From Alloascoidea hylecoeti (Eukaryota), in assembly GCA_001600815.1 (NCBI GenBank), contig BCKZ01000002.1, forward strand, positions 1,248,294 through 1,312,293: a stretch of DNA of 64,000 nucleotides, read 5' to 3'. The notes under the pieces are model-generated. The model had not been told where the DNA came from. It searched no databases and saw only the letters and a program-made list of their open reading frames with translations. Position 1 is the stretch's first letter, and each line of letters opens with the position of its first letter. Positions 60,111-64,000 of the stretch are shown here, one piece after another. Position numbers and translations under genes: made by a program.

Positions 60111-62286
60111 TGAAGTTTATAGAATTTTCAGGAGAAGAATATATGATTGATCTGTTGCTTAATCTTTTATTACTTATTGAATCTTCCACACCTAACTCTC
60201 CACAACACAGACCGAGAGAAATAGGACCAATGTAAAATAATACTTAGTAATGAAAACTAGTACTGATAATACCAGGAGGGTAAAAAGTAATTAATTTGTA
60301 ATTTATAGGGGGTCTTAAAAGAATAGTATACTTTACCCGGATGTAATATTTCCATTGAAGATAGAATATCAAATAATAGGGAAGGAGTATAATAATTCAT
60401 TATGAACCAGCTTTATTTAAATCTTTATTTTTAATATTAATTGATTGAATATAAAATTCTGAACAACCTCCAAATAGAACCCTTCCAGCGGTCAGATATT
60501 GATTAATCAATTCACTATCCATACACAGCATTGAATGAATCCCACCCACAGTTATAAAATTTGGTTTAATTAAAAATCTTTAATTAAAATGAATTATAGA
60601 AATAATATTCAAAACATGTGAAACTACCAAACCAAGAGAAATATATCATGTTTGAATAATACTGTAGTATATATGATTAGTAGCTATGGCCAATTTCACT
60701 ATTGCAATGTTTTTTTCTATAATAGTAACTATAGCTATCATTTATTTATAGGATTGCTAGTTTTGATACTTTATAAGAAATACCTATACACAAAATGAAT
60801 TCATTTGCTATATCCTTAGCAAAAGTTGTAGAACCAAAGCCATCGACATTTTAAATTAACATGAAGGTAAAACCAGGAAGAATGTTATTATGACCGTGCT
60901 AGGCATTATAGTGAGAATTGTGATTAAAGACTTCCTGTTTACAAAACGGTAAAACTCTTCCCAAAGTACTAGTACAAGTCAATGTTTGCATGAGAAACGG
61001 TTTATTCAGGTTTGATTCATATTTTCCGCTTTTAATGTTTGTGGTAGCATTGACCAGTTGTTTTTGGAAGTTTAATTTGCAGAGTCTCATTTAGGGCTAA
61101 TGGTTTATGCAAAAAGAGTCGTGACATTTACGCCATAAAAATAATTGGTATTTAAGGAAGAAAAATTTTACAGAACACATTTTGCAACCTCATGTTTCAT
61201 CGGTCTGAAATTTTTAGTAATTGGTAAGTCTTTGTTAACCAACGTCTTGGGAAGATATGGATTGCTGTGATTATTAGTTTATTACCAATTGTTCCTACTG
61301 AATCATTTTGTTGACAACACACTATATGTTAAGTTTCAGCCTTGTATGAGCTCTTCTATATTTTCCTAAGCCGTGAACCGAGTTTTTAAAAGGATTATTG
61401 CTAACAGTTTTATTTTACAGGGTAACTACCTATATTTTTAAATTGGTATATGCATTGGAATTTGGATGAAGAAACCAGGTCGACCGGGCGGTCATAGTTA
61501 ACCTTTATTCTCACCAGTTTACTGGTAAAAGCGATCATGTGTACAATTTTTGATTGTGGGTTTAAAGAGATGATGATTTCGTGTACTGACTTATTCATCA
61601 TATTACCAATTCTGAATGCTTCATTTGATGATATATTAGCTAACCAATTGCTGATAGTGATGAATTATACCCTTGACTTGTTGCTAGTCTCACAGATTAT
61701 GGTAGGTTATTTCTCCTTTCTAGTTTGCATAAGACTCTTGTATTTGTTGCAATGATGATTAACCTATATTCACACTGTCGGAGTTTTCGATGAATTTACA
61801 CAAAATACTGATTTAATGACTCTGAGGCTACATTTACAAGAGTGCTTATGCAATTTAATATTTTGTGGTTTATAAGCTTGATTGCTGACATTAACTGTTT
61901 ATTTAGAATCATTGAGAATAGCGTTATGCATCGCCAGTTTGAGCCCTGCTTCGATTCATTTTTAGATTTATAGTTCTAATATATGCACACCTGTACAATT
62001 CTAAATCAAGACCATCATTAATGTGAAATTGTAATTTTGTAGAAACACCCATAATTGGCGGGATAGTTGTATTCTTAACCTTAAGCTATTTTAATTATTA
62101 ATGTGACATGTAACAAAGACTCAAGATGGGATATTGAAAATTAATGCTTGCGCCTAGATGTTATATGCTTAATTAAAAGTTATAGGTCGTATTACCTGAG
62201 ACAGTAATTCTAAATCACAACAAGGTTTCTGATGAATAAAACCTCCTAGTTTCTCTCCTCCTTCGACATACTTAAGCACTATATTT

Positions 62287-64000
62287 ATGAGCACAACAAT
62301 TGACAATAGGTCTGTCAAGGGGCCGACCTCAGTAGTTTCGACTGCTACCTTAAACAACGACTCAATTCAACAGGTTTTCGTTGGACTCCGACCATCTTAT
62401 ACAAAGTGTATTACAGCAACACCAAATACAGACACCGAACTAGTGGGGTCTATTCTCGATGAAAACTATGACGCTGTTCTTCTTCCAATAACTAACCCCA
62501 GTTATCGTACCAAGGCTAAGGACGTGTTCAAAACCCACATCACTCCTATCCGTAATGAGCCAACTCCCAGTTCCTCGTCGCCTAACCCTTCTGACCACCG
62601 TTTACTAGTCGTCCCTCCGCCAGAGTTAGAAGATGTTAATATATTCCCAGGTCCACATATTGGTAATGTTATCGGCCTTGTTTCTTCTTGGATTGAGCTG
62701 GAATCCGAGGATCCTATAATCTCAGATTTTTCACTTCAGGTGTGTATATGTGCCTACCATTTTTTACCTTTGAAATTGTCTTATAATGATTATACTAATT
62801 ATCTTATGCGCATATAAAGGTACTCAATCATGAACTATCTTATGCTTCTTTTTGTGGGTTAAGTCATGTTATCATAGCACCTCCAAAGACTAGTTCTAGA
62901 GTCGCACGATATGCCCAAATTATTAGCCATGCTTTATCAGTTTCCAACTTCCTGACTGTATCGATCTCGATTCCTATATGCGAGGAAGCTCGATATGATG
63001 AAGAAACAGGAATAGTAACTTTGCCAAACGATTATTTATCTACATGGGACACTTGGAATACAATAAGAACAATTGCAAATTATAATGATAGACTGAAAAT
63101 CGCATTAGGTCTACCTAAAGGTCAAATACCATATTTCATTATCGATCGATGGTTTTCAGAGCCTGTTTCTTTAATATTAATTTCCTCAAGTATTTTTGTC
63201 CCCAATGGTAAAAACTACCCCGTATTAACAAAATTGAATCAGTCAGTGATCTGGAAATTTGGCAAAAAAGCACCCACACCTTTATTAATTTTACATGGTG
63301 TAGAGAAACCGACCGCAATGGAGGGAGGTGAATCGGCATACCTTACATATATTCGCCATTTGATTCTAAAAGCACCTAAACTTTCAGCAATTGAAAGTTT
63401 CTCGTCTGGTTATTATGACCAACTCCAATCTCCTTTACAGCCTTTGTCAGATAACTTGGAAAATGGAACATATGAAACTTTTGAAAAAGACCCCGTTAAA
63501 TATGAGAATTATGAGCGGGCCATTTATAACGCTATACTTGATAAGAAATATGAATCACCAGAAAAATTTAAGGATGATGAAAATGATGGTAATAATGGTG
63601 TTTTGGTAATGGCAGTTGTAGGTGCCGGGAGAGGACCGCTTGTAACTAGAGCTCTTAATGCAGCTAGATCAGCAAAGAATACAAAAGTCCATATATATGC
63701 CCTTGAAAAGAATCCAAACGCTATTGTGTATTTGACCCATAAACAGGCGACTGAATGGGGCGATGAAGTTGAGATTGTATGCTCAGATATGAGACTTTGG
63801 AATCCACCTTCAAAACTTGATATTGTTATTAGTGAATTACTTGGTAGTTTTGGCGATAATGAATTGGCCCCTGAATGTCTTGATGGAGTGGAGAGATTGT
63901 TAGCTACAAATGGTATTATGATTCCTCAATCTTATACATCTCATTTGGCCCCTGCATTTTCACCAAAGCTTTATCACACTCTACAGAAAAAAAACGATAT
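62287..64000 (+). CDS. HSL7: Type II protein arginine methyltransferase (PRMT5/Skb1/Hsl7), 3'-truncated by the window; intron 62740-62819
   Basis: SWIELES.D, VLNHELSYASFCG, LQSPLQPLSDNLE..TYETFEKDPVKY, VVGAGRGPLV, SELLGSFGDNEL.PECL. Confidence 0.93.

Overview
AT-rich, intron-bearing budding-yeast (Saccharomycotina-type) chromosomal DNA; the species cannot be determined from sequence alone. About 25 protein genes are supported, many needing introns the ORF track misses: MSS4, CBF1-like, NTA1, UTR4, RAD23, RAD7, BFA1/byr4, COX26, MIC10, CAB1, an F-box gene, KAR4, a tiny GPI protein, SPS2/ECM33-like, a bZIP factor, an MFS/FEN2-like permease, two AIF/AMID-like oxidoreductases, an RS/RG-tailed cyclophilin, TGL2, APC11, GIS2-like and HSL7 (runs off the window). 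Most unusual structures: (1) a 1,609-bp near-identical inverted repeat made of the AIF-like gene (49727-51335 / 57449-59057), set inside older diverged inverted homology and enclosing a 6.1-kb three-gene cassette that could be invertible; (2) an 884-bp foldback at 3423-4306 whose loop encodes a pogo/Fot1 transposase fragment; (3) a candidate nested twin intron in the UTR4 leader and a structured 5'-UTR intron in CBF1; (4) a catalytically degenerate cyclophilin; (5) head-to-head RAD23/RAD7 with an intron-split RAD7 start codon; (6) a decayed tandem F-box paralogue and several decayed Tc1, pogo and MULE transposase relics. All family calls are from motif recall by eye, not database searches.
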